Shown one piece after another: positions 1 to 8,409 of a DNA stretch of 64,000 nucleotides. Under the pieces are notes generated by a model, which saw nothing but the letters and a program-made list of their open reading frames with translations, was not told the DNA's origin and did not search any database. Location: positions 40,777-104,776 of the forward strand of contig CAWDWO010000031.1 in assembly GCA_963806035.1 (NCBI GenBank). Direction: 5' to 3'. The position numbers and the translations under genes were made by a program. Numbering within the stretch: the stretch's first letter is position 1; the number at the start of each line of letters is the position of its first letter. Source of the DNA: Candidatus Krumholzibacteriota bacterium. Lineage in GTDB: Bacteria; Krumholzibacteriota; Krumholzibacteriia; JAJRXK01.

Positions 1-106
1 GCCGCAGACGCTCGGGGACCAAAATTGCGTAACCCACGCCGCCGTCGGACACGACGACGGTCTCACTGGAGACATCCTCCAGGCGTCCCGCGATGAATGC
101 GTACAT
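1..106 (-). CDS. ruvA: Holliday junction branch migration protein RuvA, N-terminal fragment (runs off window start)
   Basis: Not in ORF track. Manual translation from ATG at 106 gives MYAFIAGRLEDVSSETVVVSDGGVGYAILVP (RuvA GVGY motif). GGAGG RBS at 111-115; follows ruvC. Confidence 0.9.
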   Translation of the reverse strand, partial: MYAFIAGRLEDVSSETVVVSDGGVGYAILVPERLR

Positions 107-123
107 TGGACCTCCAGAGGAAT

Positions 124-648
124 TCAAGCTCCGAGCCGGCCCGCCAAACTCCGCCTGGTCTGCAGGTTGGCCGCGTGACAGATGGCCATGGCGAGTGCGT
201 CCGTGCTGTCGGGCTCCTTCTCGTCCACCTCGACGCCCAAAAGACGCGAGACCATGCTCGCCACCTGCGCCTTGCTCGCCCGGCCGTTCCCCGTGACGGC
301 CTTTTTGATCTCAGCCGGCGCGTACTCCGCGAGCTGATATCCGCGTTGCCCAACCGCCAGCAGGATGATCCCCCGTGCCTGCCCCAGGGTCAACGCCGAG
401 GCTTGGTTCTTGGCCACGAAAACCCGCTCGATGGCGACTTCGACCGCTGACGCGCTCTCAGAGCCGCAAGATTCCTCCAGAAGCTCGCACAGACGAGCGT
501 GCAGGAAAGCGAGACGCTGGTGCAGCGGCTTGCCAGTCGGGGCCTTCAGGGTGCCGTGAGTCAGGTGCTTCAACTTGCTGCCGTCGGATTCGATCACGGC
601 GTAGCCCATCCGCTGGCTTCCCGGATCGAGGCCGACGATCAAGCTCAT
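124..648 (-). CDS. ruvC: Crossover junction endodeoxyribonuclease RuvC
   Basis: IVGLDPG, VAIE, LGQARG, IKKAVTGNGRASKAQV and DSTDALAMAICHA motifs. Confidence 0.96.
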   Translation of the reverse strand: MSLIVGLDPGSQRMGYAVIESDGSKLKHLTHGTLKAPTGKPLHQRLAFLHARLCELLEESCGSESASAVEVAIERVFVAKNQASALTLGQARGIILLAVGQRGYQLAEYAPAEIKKAVTGNGRASKAQVASMVSRLLGVEVDEKEPDSTDALAMAICHAANLQTRRSLAGRLGA

Positions 649-1403
649 GCCAGCTCTTCTTGCAGCGCAGCCATCTCTTCCTCGGGAATGTCCAGATTCG
701 CGCTGACCTGCTGGGTGTCGTCCAGATCGTCCAGAGCGTTGATCAGCTTCAGCAGGCGCAGCGCGTCCTCGCCGGTCACCGTGATGGTGGTGGAAGGAAC
801 GGGTGTGAGTTCGGCGGAGAGAGTCGTCAGTCCGGCCTCGGCCAGGGCCGAGTTCACCGCGTGAAACGCCTCGCGGGGACAGGTGACCTCCACCGTCCCC
901 CCCTCTTCCTGCACGTCCTCCGCGCCCGCGTCGATCACGACCTCCATGACGCGTTCTTCGTCCGCCACCGATGCATCCAGGCTGAAGATGCCCTTGGTCT
1001 CGAAGAGATAGGCCACGCTGCCTGGGTCGGCCATCTTACCGCCGTACTTGCTGAAAGCGTGCCGTACATCGGCCGCGGTGCGATTGGTGTTGTCCGTCAC
1101 GGTCGAAACCAGGATCGCCACTCCACCGTGTCCGTAGCCCTCGTAGGTGATTTCCTCGTAGCGCGCGCCCTCGACCTCTCCGGTGCCTCTCTTGATCGCG
1201 CGCTCGATGTTGTCCTTGGGCATGTTCTGCCCGCGCGCGTTCTCGATGGCGGTGCGAAGTCTCGGATTGGTTTCGAGATCGCCGCCGCCGTCGCGCGCGG
1301 CGATGGTGATTTCCTTGCCCAGACGCGTGAAGAGCTTGCCCCGTTTGGCGTCGGCGGCACCCTTCTTGCGCTTGATGGTGGCCCACTTGGAATGTCCTGA
1401 CAC
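645..1403 (-). CDS. yebC: YebC/PmpR family protein
   Basis: MSGHSKWATIKRKK, YEGYG and TDNTNRT motifs; classic yebC-ruvC-ruvA synteny. Confidence 0.96.
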   Translation of the reverse strand: MSGHSKWATIKRKKGAADAKRGKLFTRLGKEITIAARDGGGDLETNPRLRTAIENARGQNMPKDNIERAIKRGTGEVEGARYEEITYEGYGHGGVAILVSTVTDNTNRTAADVRHAFSKYGGKMADPGSVAYLFETKGIFSLDASVADEERVMEVVIDAGAEDVQEEGGTVEVTCPREAFHAVNSALAEAGLTTLSAELTPVPSTTITVTGEDALRLLKLINALDDLDDTQQVSANLDIPEEEMAALQEELA

Positions 1404-1422
1404 CGTGTCCTCCTGCCTCGCT

Positions 1423-3501
1423 CTAGGCCTCTTCGTGTTCCTTCTTGGCGGACTCGACGATCTTGTTCATCAGCTCGCCCGGCACTTCCTCGTAACCCTG
1501 GAACTTGCGCGTGTGGGTGCCGCGACCCTGGGTCATGCTCCTCAGGCTGGTGCTGTAGCGGTAGAGCTCGGCCAGAGGCACGTGCGCCTTGACCACCGCG
1601 AAATGGCCCTGGTTCTCGGTGCCCATGATCCGTCCCCGCCGCGAGCTCAGATCGCCCATGACGTCGCCCATGACCTCGTCCGGACATTTCACTTCGATTT
1701 CGTAGATGGGTTCCAGCAGGACGGCCTGCGTCTTGGCGAAGCACTCGCGGAGGGCAGTGGAAGCGGCGGTCTTGAACGCGGCTTCGCTGGAATCCACCGC
1801 GTGGAAGCCTCCATCGTAGAGCGTGGCCTTCAGATCGACGACCTGGCACTTGGCCAGAGGACCTCTCTGCATGGATTCCTTGAGGCCCTTCTCCACCGCC
1901 GGGATGAACTTTCCCGGAATCGCACCGCCCACGATCGCATTCACGAATTCGAATCCCGCCCCGCGCGGCTGCGACTCGAAACGGAGGCTCACGTCCGCGA
2001 ACTGTCCGCGTCCGCCCGTCTGCTTCTTGTGTCGCGCCTGTATCTCGATCTTGCCCTTGATGGTCTCCAGATAGGGAATCTTCGGCTCGCGGCGTTCCAC
2101 TTCCACCCCGGTGGCTTCCTTGAGATTCTGCAGGATGATGTCGAAATGCAGCTCACCCTGCCCCTGCATGACCATCTCGTGGGTCTGGGGATCCATCTCG
2201 ATCGAGAAGGTGGGGTCCTCCTCGCGGATCTTGTGCAGACCATTGACCATCTTGTCGTCGTCGCCCGCACCGACCGGGCTGATGGCCATGCGGCTGTTGG
2301 TCTCCGGGTAGGGAATGGGCTTGAAGAGGGCGTTGGAGCTCTTCTCGCCCAGGGTGTCACCGGCATGAGTGTCCTTCAGCTTGACTGCGGCGCCGAAATC
2401 TCCGCAACCGATGGCTTCGATCTTCTCCCGGTTCTTTCCCTCGAGTTGAAAGAGCTGCGTGAGCCGCTCGCTGTGTCCCCGGCTCAGATTGATCACTTCG
2501 TCGCCCGAGGAGATTTCGGATCCGTAGACCCGCATCAGCGCGAACTCGCCCGCTTCCTTCTCCAGAGAGATCTTGAAGACTCGGGCGGCAAGCGGAGCGC
2601 TCGGACCGATCTTGATCTTGGTCGGCTCGCCCTTCTGATCGATCGCCTCGATTTCGTTGAACGCATCCGCCGCCGGCAGATACTCCTTCACGTAGTGCAG
2701 CATCTGCTTCATCCCGCGCAGCGAATGCGCGCTCACCGCGCACACGGGGATGAACGAGCGGTCCCTCACTCCGATGCGGATCCCCTTGACGATTTCCTCG
2801 TAGCTGAGGGTGCCCTCCTCGAGAAATTTCTCGACCAGGCCATCGTCATGTTCCGCCGCGGCATTCAGCAAGTCCTCACGGGTCGTTTCGTAGATCTCTT
2901 TCATCTCGGCGGGAATCTCAGCTTCCTTCGATTCACCCTTCTCGTCGTAGAGATAGGCCTTGCCCAGAGCGACATCGATCACGCCGCGGAAATCGTCGCC
3001 ATCGCCGATGGGCAGCTGAATCGGGATCGCCTTCGAACTGAGTTGCTTGTGGATCTGCTCGAGGGCCGAGGTGAAGTTGGCGTGCTCCTTGTCCATCTTG
3101 GAGACCACGATCATGGTGGGCAGCTTCAGCTCGTCGAGCTTCTCCCAGAGGCTCTCCGTCCCCACCTCCACTCCACCGTCGGCGCGCACCAGCACGATGG
3201 CGCTCTCCACCACCGACAGGGCCGCCATCACGTCGCCGCGAAAATCCTCGAAACCGGGAGTGTCGAGGATGTTGAACTTGGTGCCTTCGTATTCGCAGGC
3301 GCCCAATGCCAGATAGATACTGGTCTTGCGCTCGATTTCGTTGGGGTGATAGTCCAGGTTACTGCTTCCCTCGTCCACGCTGCCCATCCGTCCGATGGCC
3401 TTCGTCTTGTAGAGAATAGCTTCTGCCAAAGTCGTCTTCCCGGCCGCCTGATGGGAAAGGAGGGCCAGATTGCGAATTTTCGAGGGCTCATAGGTCTTCA
3501 A
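1423..3501 (-). CDS. fusA: Elongation factor G-like protein (EF-G2/EF-G II type)
   Basis: G1 SHQAAGKTT, G3 DTPGFEDF, G4 SKMD, KKQTGGRGQF, FHAVDSSEAAF, LRSMTQGRG. Likely TTG start at 3501 with GGGAGG RBS. Not in an rpsL-rpsG operon. Confidence 0.9.
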   Translation of the reverse strand: MKTYEPSKIRNLALLSHQAAGKTTLAEAILYKTKAIGRMGSVDEGSSNLDYHPNEIERKTSIYLALGACEYEGTKFNILDTPGFEDFRGDVMAALSVVESAIVLVRADGGVEVGTESLWEKLDELKLPTMIVVSKMDKEHANFTSALEQIHKQLSSKAIPIQLPIGDGDDFRGVIDVALGKAYLYDEKGESKEAEIPAEMKEIYETTREDLLNAAAEHDDGLVEKFLEEGTLSYEEIVKGIRIGVRDRSFIPVCAVSAHSLRGMKQMLHYVKEYLPAADAFNEIEAIDQKGEPTKIKIGPSAPLAARVFKISLEKEAGEFALMRVYGSEISSGDEVINLSRGHSERLTQLFQLEGKNREKIEAIGCGDFGAAVKLKDTHAGDTLGEKSSNALFKPIPYPETNSRMAISPVGAGDDDKMVNGLHKIREEDPTFSIEMDPQTHEMVMQGQGELHFDIILQNLKEATGVEVERREPKIPYLETIKGKIEIQARHKKQTGGRGQFADVSLRFESQPRGAGFEFVNAIVGGAIPGKFIPAVEKGLKESMQRGPLAKCQVVDLKATLYDGGFHAVDSSEAAFKTAASTALRECFAKTQAVLLEPIYEIEVKCPDEVMGDVMGDLSSRRGRIMGTENQGHFAVVKAHVPLAELYRYSTSLRSMTQGRGTHTRKFQGYEEVPGELMNKIVESAKKEHEEA

Positions 3502-3616
3502 GGCCGATGCCTCCCGACTCTTGGTCGTGGGAAAGGAAGCGTCCCCGCCGTTTCTTTCGTCGCCAAACACTGCCAAAGCGCGGTGCTCGGTGCGGGGTCG
3601 AGCGTTAGAACACGCT

Positions 3617-3646
3617 AATCTAGCGCGTTTGCCAAAAGAGTGTCAA
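3617..3646 (-). promoter_or_regulatory. Putative sigma70 promoter for EF-G2-yebC-ruvCA
   Basis: TTGACA (3646-3641), 18 bp spacer, TAGATT (3622-3617). Confidence 0.55.
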
Positions 3647-3877
3647 CGTGGCGCGTGCGCGCAAGGTACAGTTTCGGTTGGGCTTTCCCTGGCGATTTCG
3701 CCACCGTATATTGGACCTGCCGCGGGCGGGGGCGATCTGCGCGCCCGGGGCTTAGGTCTTTACAGTCCGCCAGTCGAGAGGCTAGATTCTTCCGGCTGCT
3801 AGCTCAGCGGGTGACGATCCACATCGCTTTCCCTCGCGCGCCGCGGGATGGGAGGAGATAGGCCCCGCTCGTAGCTT

Positions 3878-4846
3878 ATGCGACCTTTATTCACCCTATC
3901 CCGCCCCGCGGCTGGGCTCTTCAGGTCTATGTCTCAGTTATCGCATTCGAATCGCCTTCCCTCGCGTACGCCGCTTCGCTCGATTCCCATGGCTGCTGTG
4001 CTTCTGGCGTTGTTCTCTCTGCTGCTGGCGACCAGCGCGGCGGCCCAACCCAAGAAGAAGGACGAGAACGAGCGCAAGCTGGGGCAGATCCGCCGGATCG
4101 AGCTCTCCGTCTTCGGAGGCCTGTTCGGGGGGGTGACCTATCTGAGTCTGCCTCCGATCGCCCCTCAGACCACCGACCTCGGCGCCTCGCAGATCCTGGA
4201 CTTCGATGACGATCTGCTGGCCCAGCCCAAGTATCCCGGCCAGATCGATGCGGTGCAGAAGAGCGTCGACAGCGGTTACTACGGGGGTCTCAGCGCCACC
4301 TTCTATCTGACCGACGCTTTCGGCCTGGAGCTCATCGGAGCCTATGGCCAGTCCCAGGCCAAAATCACGGGCCAGTACCAGGATCCCACCGGGGTCGATA
4401 CGCAGAATCCCTTCTACGACCCCTCTCAGGCCGATGGGCGCTTCGAATGGGACCGCTCGGACATGACCTGGGTGCAGGGCGGCGCCAACATGGTCTTCAT
4501 CTTCGGAAAGCGGACGCTGAGACCCTATCTGCTCCTGGGTCTGGGAGGGGTGCTCAACAGCTTCCCCAACGCCAACAGCGTGGGTGCGCTCTACTTTCAG
4601 TATGGAGGCGGCCTGCGCTACGAGCTGAACGACCGCCTGGCCATCAAGATGGGCGTCTCCTCCGCCCTCTTCAGCTGGAGCCAGGACGAGATCGATCTGA
4701 ACCGGGCCGTGCAGTACCCGATGGCGAGCATCGGCGTGGTCTGGAAGCACGAGGTTCCCCCGGAAGCCTACCAGGACGACGATTCCAAGACGGAGCCGGA
4801 GAATCCGCAGACCAAGAAGCCGCAAGACTCTGGAAGCAAAGGTTAG
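3878..4846 (+). CDS. Outer membrane beta-barrel protein (OmpA-like/porin family); real start probably 3929 or 3989
   Basis: Signal peptide MAAVLLALFSLLLATSAAA-Q; amphipathic strands GLSATFYLTDAFGLE, LRPYLLLGLGG, FQYGGGLRYEL. Confidence 0.75.
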   Translation: MRPLFTLSRPAAGLFRSMSQLSHSNRLPSRTPLRSIPMAAVLLALFSLLLATSAAAQPKKKDENERKLGQIRRIELSVFGGLFGGVTYLSLPPIAPQTTDLGASQILDFDDDLLAQPKYPGQIDAVQKSVDSGYYGGLSATFYLTDAFGLELIGAYGQSQAKITGQYQDPTGVDTQNPFYDPSQADGRFEWDRSDMTWVQGGANMVFIFGKRTLRPYLLLGLGGVLNSFPNANSVGALYFQYGGGLRYELNDRLAIKMGVSSALFSWSQDEIDLNRAVQYPMASIGVVWKHEVPPEAYQDDDSKTEPENPQTKKPQDSGSKG

Positions 4847-4904
4847 AATTCCCACGCCCGGAAGCTGACGCGATCGAGCGCGCCTCGGCAAGACCCACCT
4901 ACGC

Positions 4905-4944
4905 GACAAAAGAGAAGAGGCGCCCCATACAGGGCGCCTCTTCT
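4905..4944 (-). terminator. Intrinsic terminator after the H1-like gene (possibly bidirectional)
   Basis: 13-bp stem AGAAGAGGCGCCC / GGGCGCCTCTTCT (4913-4944), followed by CTTTTG on the minus strand. Confidence 0.75.
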
Positions 4945-4966
4945 ACACTCAGCTGAAGGACCGCGG

Positions 4967-5365
4967 CTACTTCTTCTTGCGTGCCGTGGTCTTCTTGCGA
5001 CGAGCCGTCGTCTTCTTCTTACGACCCGTGGTCTTCTTCTTGCGAGCCGTCGTCTTCTTCTTACGACCCGCGGTCTTCTTCTTGCGAGCCGTCGTCTTCT
5101 TCTTGCGGCCCGTGGTCTTCTTCTTACGAGCCGTCGTCTTCTTCTTGCGGCCCGTAGTCTTCTTCTTGCGACCCGTGGTCTTCTTCTTACGGGCGGTCGT
5201 CTTCTTCTTGCGGCCCGTGGTCTTCTTCTTACGGGCGGTCGTCTTCTTCTTGCGACCGGTGGTCTTCTTCTTACGAGCCGTCGTCTTCTTCTTGCGACCC
5301 GTGGTCTTCTTCTTACGGGCGGTACGCTTCTTCGCCGCCGCCTCCATGATGATTCCGTCTTCCAT
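4967..5365 (-). CDS. Highly basic histone H1/protamine-like protein made of TT(A/G)RKKK heptads
   Basis: 132 aa with 71 K/R; own promoter, GAGG RBS and terminator. Confidence 0.8.
   Translation of the reverse strand: MEDGIIMEAAAKKRTARKKKTTGRKKKTTARKKKTTGRKKKTTARKKKTTGRKKKTTARKKKTTGRKKKTTGRKKKTTARKKKTTGRKKKTTARKKKTAGRKKKTTARKKKTTGRKKKTTARRKKTTARKKK
4970..5326 (-). repeat. 21-bp tandem coding repeat (17 units) inside the H1-like gene
   Basis: Units encode TT(A/G)RKKK with synonymous variation between copies. Confidence 0.95.
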
Positions 5366-5471
5366 TCTTTAGCCTCGCTTTTGTGTGCAGCCTTGAGGGG
5401 CGACGCCCCTCGGAACGGTTCCCGAAATGGAAATCATGAGCAACTCACGTTCCAGATCGGAAATCATCCGG

Positions 5472-5500
5472 ATTATTCGGATCACAGTTTTTCGTGTCAA
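5472..5500 (-). promoter_or_regulatory. sigma70-like promoter of the H1-like gene
   Basis: TTGACA (5500-5495), 17 bp spacer, AATAAT (5477-5472). Confidence 0.7.
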
Positions 5501-5502
5501 AC

Positions 5503-5535
5503 AAAAAAAAGAGGTCTCGATGTGTTCGAGACCTC
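5503..5535 (-). terminator. Intrinsic terminator of secG-tRNA-Leu
   Basis: Perfect 10-bp stem GAGGTCTCGA / TCGAGACCTC followed by T8 on the minus strand. Confidence 0.88.
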
Positions 5536-5543
5536 ATGAGACC

Positions 5544-5628
5544 TGGTGCCCGGGGCGGGATTCGAACCCGCACGGCTCTCGCCACTACCCCCTCAAGATA
5601 GCGTGTCTACCAATTCCACCACCCGGGC
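5544..5628 (-). tRNA. tRNA-Leu(GAG)
   Basis: 85 nt; GCCCGGG acceptor stem, GGAATTGGTAGAC D-arm, CTATC-TTGAGGG-GGTAG anticodon arm, long variable arm, GGTTCGAATCC, encoded CCA. secG-tRNA-Leu synteny. Confidence 0.97.
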
Positions 5629-5644
5629 GCGCAAGCATCATCTC

Positions 5645-6118
5645 CTACTTTCCACCATCACTGGATTGCTTCTCTTGCTTCGTAGGTGAAGCCTTTGCCG
5701 CGTTCTCATCGGAAGAACTGGGCGCACTGGATTGGGAATTCTCCACTCCCTTGGGTGATTGTTCGGTGGTCGGAATATCCGAGGGTGTAACGGGAACAGC
5801 CCCGCTCTGAGGCATCGGTGCACTCTCCACGGGAACCCTCTCCGCCGCCTGGCGACTGAGTCGGCTCTGCGTGGTGGGAGCACCTTCATTCATCGTCAAA
5901 AAGACCAGAATCACGCTGCTGATCATGAAGGCGGCGCCCAAGTAGATCGTTGCTTTGTGCAAGATCGTGGTCACACCGCGCGCTCCGAATACGGCTTGTC
6001 CCGCGCCGCCACCGCCAAACGCGCCGGCCAAGCCGTCACCTTTGGAAGACTGCAGGAGGACGACGACGCAGAGCACGATGGAAATGAGCAGGTGAACGAT
6101 GATTGCGAGTCCGTACAT
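5645..6118 (-). CDS. secG: Preprotein translocase subunit SecG with long disordered C-terminal tail
   Basis: VVLLQSSKGDGLAGAFGGG motif and two TM helices; follows tpiA. Start at ATG 6118 (ORF track over-extends). Confidence 0.93.
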   Translation of the reverse strand: MYGLAIIVHLLISIVLCVVVLLQSSKGDGLAGAFGGGGAGQAVFGARGVTTILHKATIYLGAAFMISSVILVFLTMNEGAPTTQSRLSRQAAERVPVESAPMPQSGAVPVTPSDIPTTEQSPKGVENSQSSAPSSSDENAAKASPTKQEKQSSDGGK

Positions 6119-6188
6119 GGAATTGACCTTGAAATCGGGATAGCTCGAGGATTGGGCGCCACCGCGCCGTCTCCGCCAAGAGCAGGGT

Positions 6189-6217
6189 AAATTAGCACCT
6201 CGCCCTGCCCCTGTCAA
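6189..6217 (-). promoter_or_regulatory. sigma70 promoter of secG
   Basis: TTGACA, 17 bp spacer, TG-n-TAATTT. Confidence 0.6.
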
Positions 6218-6263
6218 ATCAGCCGAACAGGGGGTTTGAGCGCCGTTTCGACCCCTCAGGGCC

Positions 6264-7019
6264 TCATTGATACTCGATGATGCGCCGGAAGGTCTCGGCC
6301 TCGAGGCTCGCTCCCCCCACCAGCGCCCCGTCGATGTTCTCGCATTGCATGTACTGGGCGATGTTGTCCGCAGTGACGCTGCCCCCGTAGAGAATGCGCA
6401 CGCCCTGGGAGACTTGATCGCCAAAGCGCTCCTTGAGGATTCCCCGTACCAGCCGGTGTACGGCCTCCGCGTCCTCCGGTTGAGCACTGTTGCCGGTCCC
6501 GATGGCCCAAATCGGCTCGTAGGCCAGGACGACAGCCGCTGCCTGCGGCGCGTGCAGACCCTCCAGCACCGCGTGAATCTGTCCGCTGACGAAGGATTCG
6601 GTACGCCCCTGCAAGCGAATCTCCTCGCTCTCGCCGAAACACACCACCGGTTGCAGGCCCACGCGAAAGGTCGCGCGCAACTTCGCCGCCACCACTTCGT
6701 CCGTCTCGTGAAAGAACTCTCTCCGCTCGCTGTGGCCGAGGATGCAACAGCGGACCTGTAGCTCCTTTAACTGCTCGGCGCTCACCCCGCCCGTGAAAGC
6801 CCCGGGCTCTTGAAAGGCGAGGTCCTGGCAGCCGACTCCCACCACGCTGCCCTGCAGCACTTCCATGACCTGTGCCACGAAGGGCATCGAAGGACACACC
6901 ATGACTTCAGGTCCCGCATAGACCCCGGCAAGTTGCCGTTTGAGTTCACGGGCCAAGCTGAGGCTCTCGGCGAGCCCGAGCTTCATTTTCCAGTTGCCGA
7001 TGATCAATGGACGTCTCAT
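6264..7019 (-). CDS. tpiA: Triosephosphate isomerase
   Basis: GNWKM, GHSERR, AYEPIWAIGTG, YGGSV and LVGGASL motifs. Confidence 0.98.
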   Translation of the reverse strand: MRRPLIIGNWKMKLGLAESLSLARELKRQLAGVYAGPEVMVCPSMPFVAQVMEVLQGSVVGVGCQDLAFQEPGAFTGGVSAEQLKELQVRCCILGHSERREFFHETDEVVAAKLRATFRVGLQPVVCFGESEEIRLQGRTESFVSGQIHAVLEGLHAPQAAAVVLAYEPIWAIGTGNSAQPEDAEAVHRLVRGILKERFGDQVSQGVRILYGGSVTADNIAQYMQCENIDGALVGGASLEAETFRRIIEYQ

Positions 7020-7049
7020 TAGCGGATCCCTTCGCGAATTGCAGTGAGC

Positions 7050-8261
7050 TCACACGGGAGAGGAGCTCACGTCCGAGAGTACCTCGACTCCCGGTAGAGT
7101 CTTGCCCGCCAGAAGTTCCAATGACGCCCCGCCGCCGGTCGAGAGATGCGAGATCGAGTCGGCGAGATCGAGCTGATTGACCGCGGCCACGGAATCGCCC
7201 CCTCCCACCACGGTCCGCGCACCCTGCTCGGTGGCGCGGGCGATGGCGCGGGCGATGGCGCGGGTTCCACGGGCGAAGCGTGGCATCTCGAAGACCCCCA
7301 TGGGACCGTTCCAGAACACGGTTCGCGCGCGGGCGATCTCTTCGGCGAAGAACTTCGTGGTCCTGGGACCAATGTCCAGGCCCTGCCAGTTTTCAGGGAT
7401 GTCGGTGACGAGCACTTCCTTGAGCGCACCCTTCTCGGAGAACTCGTTGCTCACGACCACATCCTGGGGCAAGAGGATCCTGGTGCGCGAATCCTTGGCC
7501 CGCTCCAGTATGCCGCGCACCGTGTCCTGCAGGCCGTCTTCCACCAGGCTGGCACCCACTTCCAGTCCATGCACCTTGAAGAAGGTGAAGGCCATGCCCC
7601 CGCCGATCAAAATACAATCGACTCGATCCAGGAGATTTTCGATGACCTCGATCTTGCCGCTCACCTTGGCGCCGCCCAGGACGGCCACGAAAGGTTGCGC
7701 CGGCTTCTCGAGCAGGCCCTGCAGATTGTCCAGCTCTTTTGCCATGAGAAGTCCCGAGACACGCAAGTCGAAATGCTGCGCGACTCCCACGGTACTCGCG
7801 TGCGCCCGGTGCGCGGTTCCGAAGGCATCGTTGACGTAGACATCCCCCCAGCGGGCCAGGGCGGCGGCAAATTGCGGATCGTTCGCGGTCTCTTCGGAAT
7901 GGAAGCGGAGATTCTCCAGCAGAACGATCTCTCCCGGCTTGAGCGTGGAGCGCGCGGCCTCCGCTTCCTCACCCACGCAGTCGGGAACGAAACGCACCGG
8001 CGCGCCACACAGCTCCGCGAGCCGGTCCGCGACCGGCTTCAGGCTCAACGAGTCCACGCGCTGCCCTTTGGGACGGCCCAGGTGACTCATGAGAATGAGC
8101 TGACCGCCGCGAGCTCGAATCAGTTCGAGAGTCGAGAGCGAGGCCCGGATGCGCGTGTCATCGGTGATCTCTCGGGCCTCGTTCATGGGCACGTTGAAAT
8201 CGACGCGAGTGAGCACGCGGACTCCCTTGAGATCGATGTCTTGGACTGAGAGCTTCTTCAT
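7050..8261 (-). CDS. pgk: Phosphoglycerate kinase
   Basis: RVDFNVP, SHLGRP, NDAFGTAHRAH, GGAKVSGK and STGGGASLE motifs. Confidence 0.98.
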   Translation of the reverse strand: MKKLSVQDIDLKGVRVLTRVDFNVPMNEAREITDDTRIRASLSTLELIRARGGQLILMSHLGRPKGQRVDSLSLKPVADRLAELCGAPVRFVPDCVGEEAEAARSTLKPGEIVLLENLRFHSEETANDPQFAAALARWGDVYVNDAFGTAHRAHASTVGVAQHFDLRVSGLLMAKELDNLQGLLEKPAQPFVAVLGGAKVSGKIEVIENLLDRVDCILIGGGMAFTFFKVHGLEVGASLVEDGLQDTVRGILERAKDSRTRILLPQDVVVSNEFSEKGALKEVLVTDIPENWQGLDIGPRTTKFFAEEIARARTVFWNGPMGVFEMPRFARGTRAIARAIARATEQGARTVVGGGDSVAAVNQLDLADSISHLSTGGGASLELLAGKTLPGVEVLSDVSSSPV

Positions 8262-8377
8262 GATTCCCCAATTCTTCCGGCGCCTTCTCCCCCGGGCTCT
8301 TCCCCCTCACTCTGACCGGAGTTGGTGCGGTATCTTGTTGTTTTGCAAAAACTTATACTCTCGCTTGTACACGGCAC

Positions 8378-8407
8378 ATAGTAGAGACTCAAGTCCCGAG
8401 GTGTCAA
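8378..8407 (-). promoter_or_regulatory. Putative sigma70 promoter of pgk-tpiA
   Basis: TTGACA (8407-8402), 18 bp spacer, TACTAT (8383-8378). Confidence 0.5.
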
Positions 8408-8409
8408 GT

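Noticed and set aside
1183..3618. 811-aa plus-strand ORF
   Set aside because: Antisense shadow of EF-G2/yebC, typical of high-GC DNA; no recognisable motifs.
4970..5326. Repeat array as a possible CRISPR
   Set aside because: Contiguous in-frame 21-bp coding repeats with no unique spacers and no cas genes.
4977..5372. Plus-strand (VVFFLR)n hydrophobic repeat ORF
   Set aside because: Mirror of the Lys-rich gene; promoter, RBS and terminator all support the minus strand.
5544..5628. tRNA-Leu as an integration site for an island or prophage
   Set aside because: No integrase, no duplicated tRNA 3' end noticed, and housekeeping flanks.
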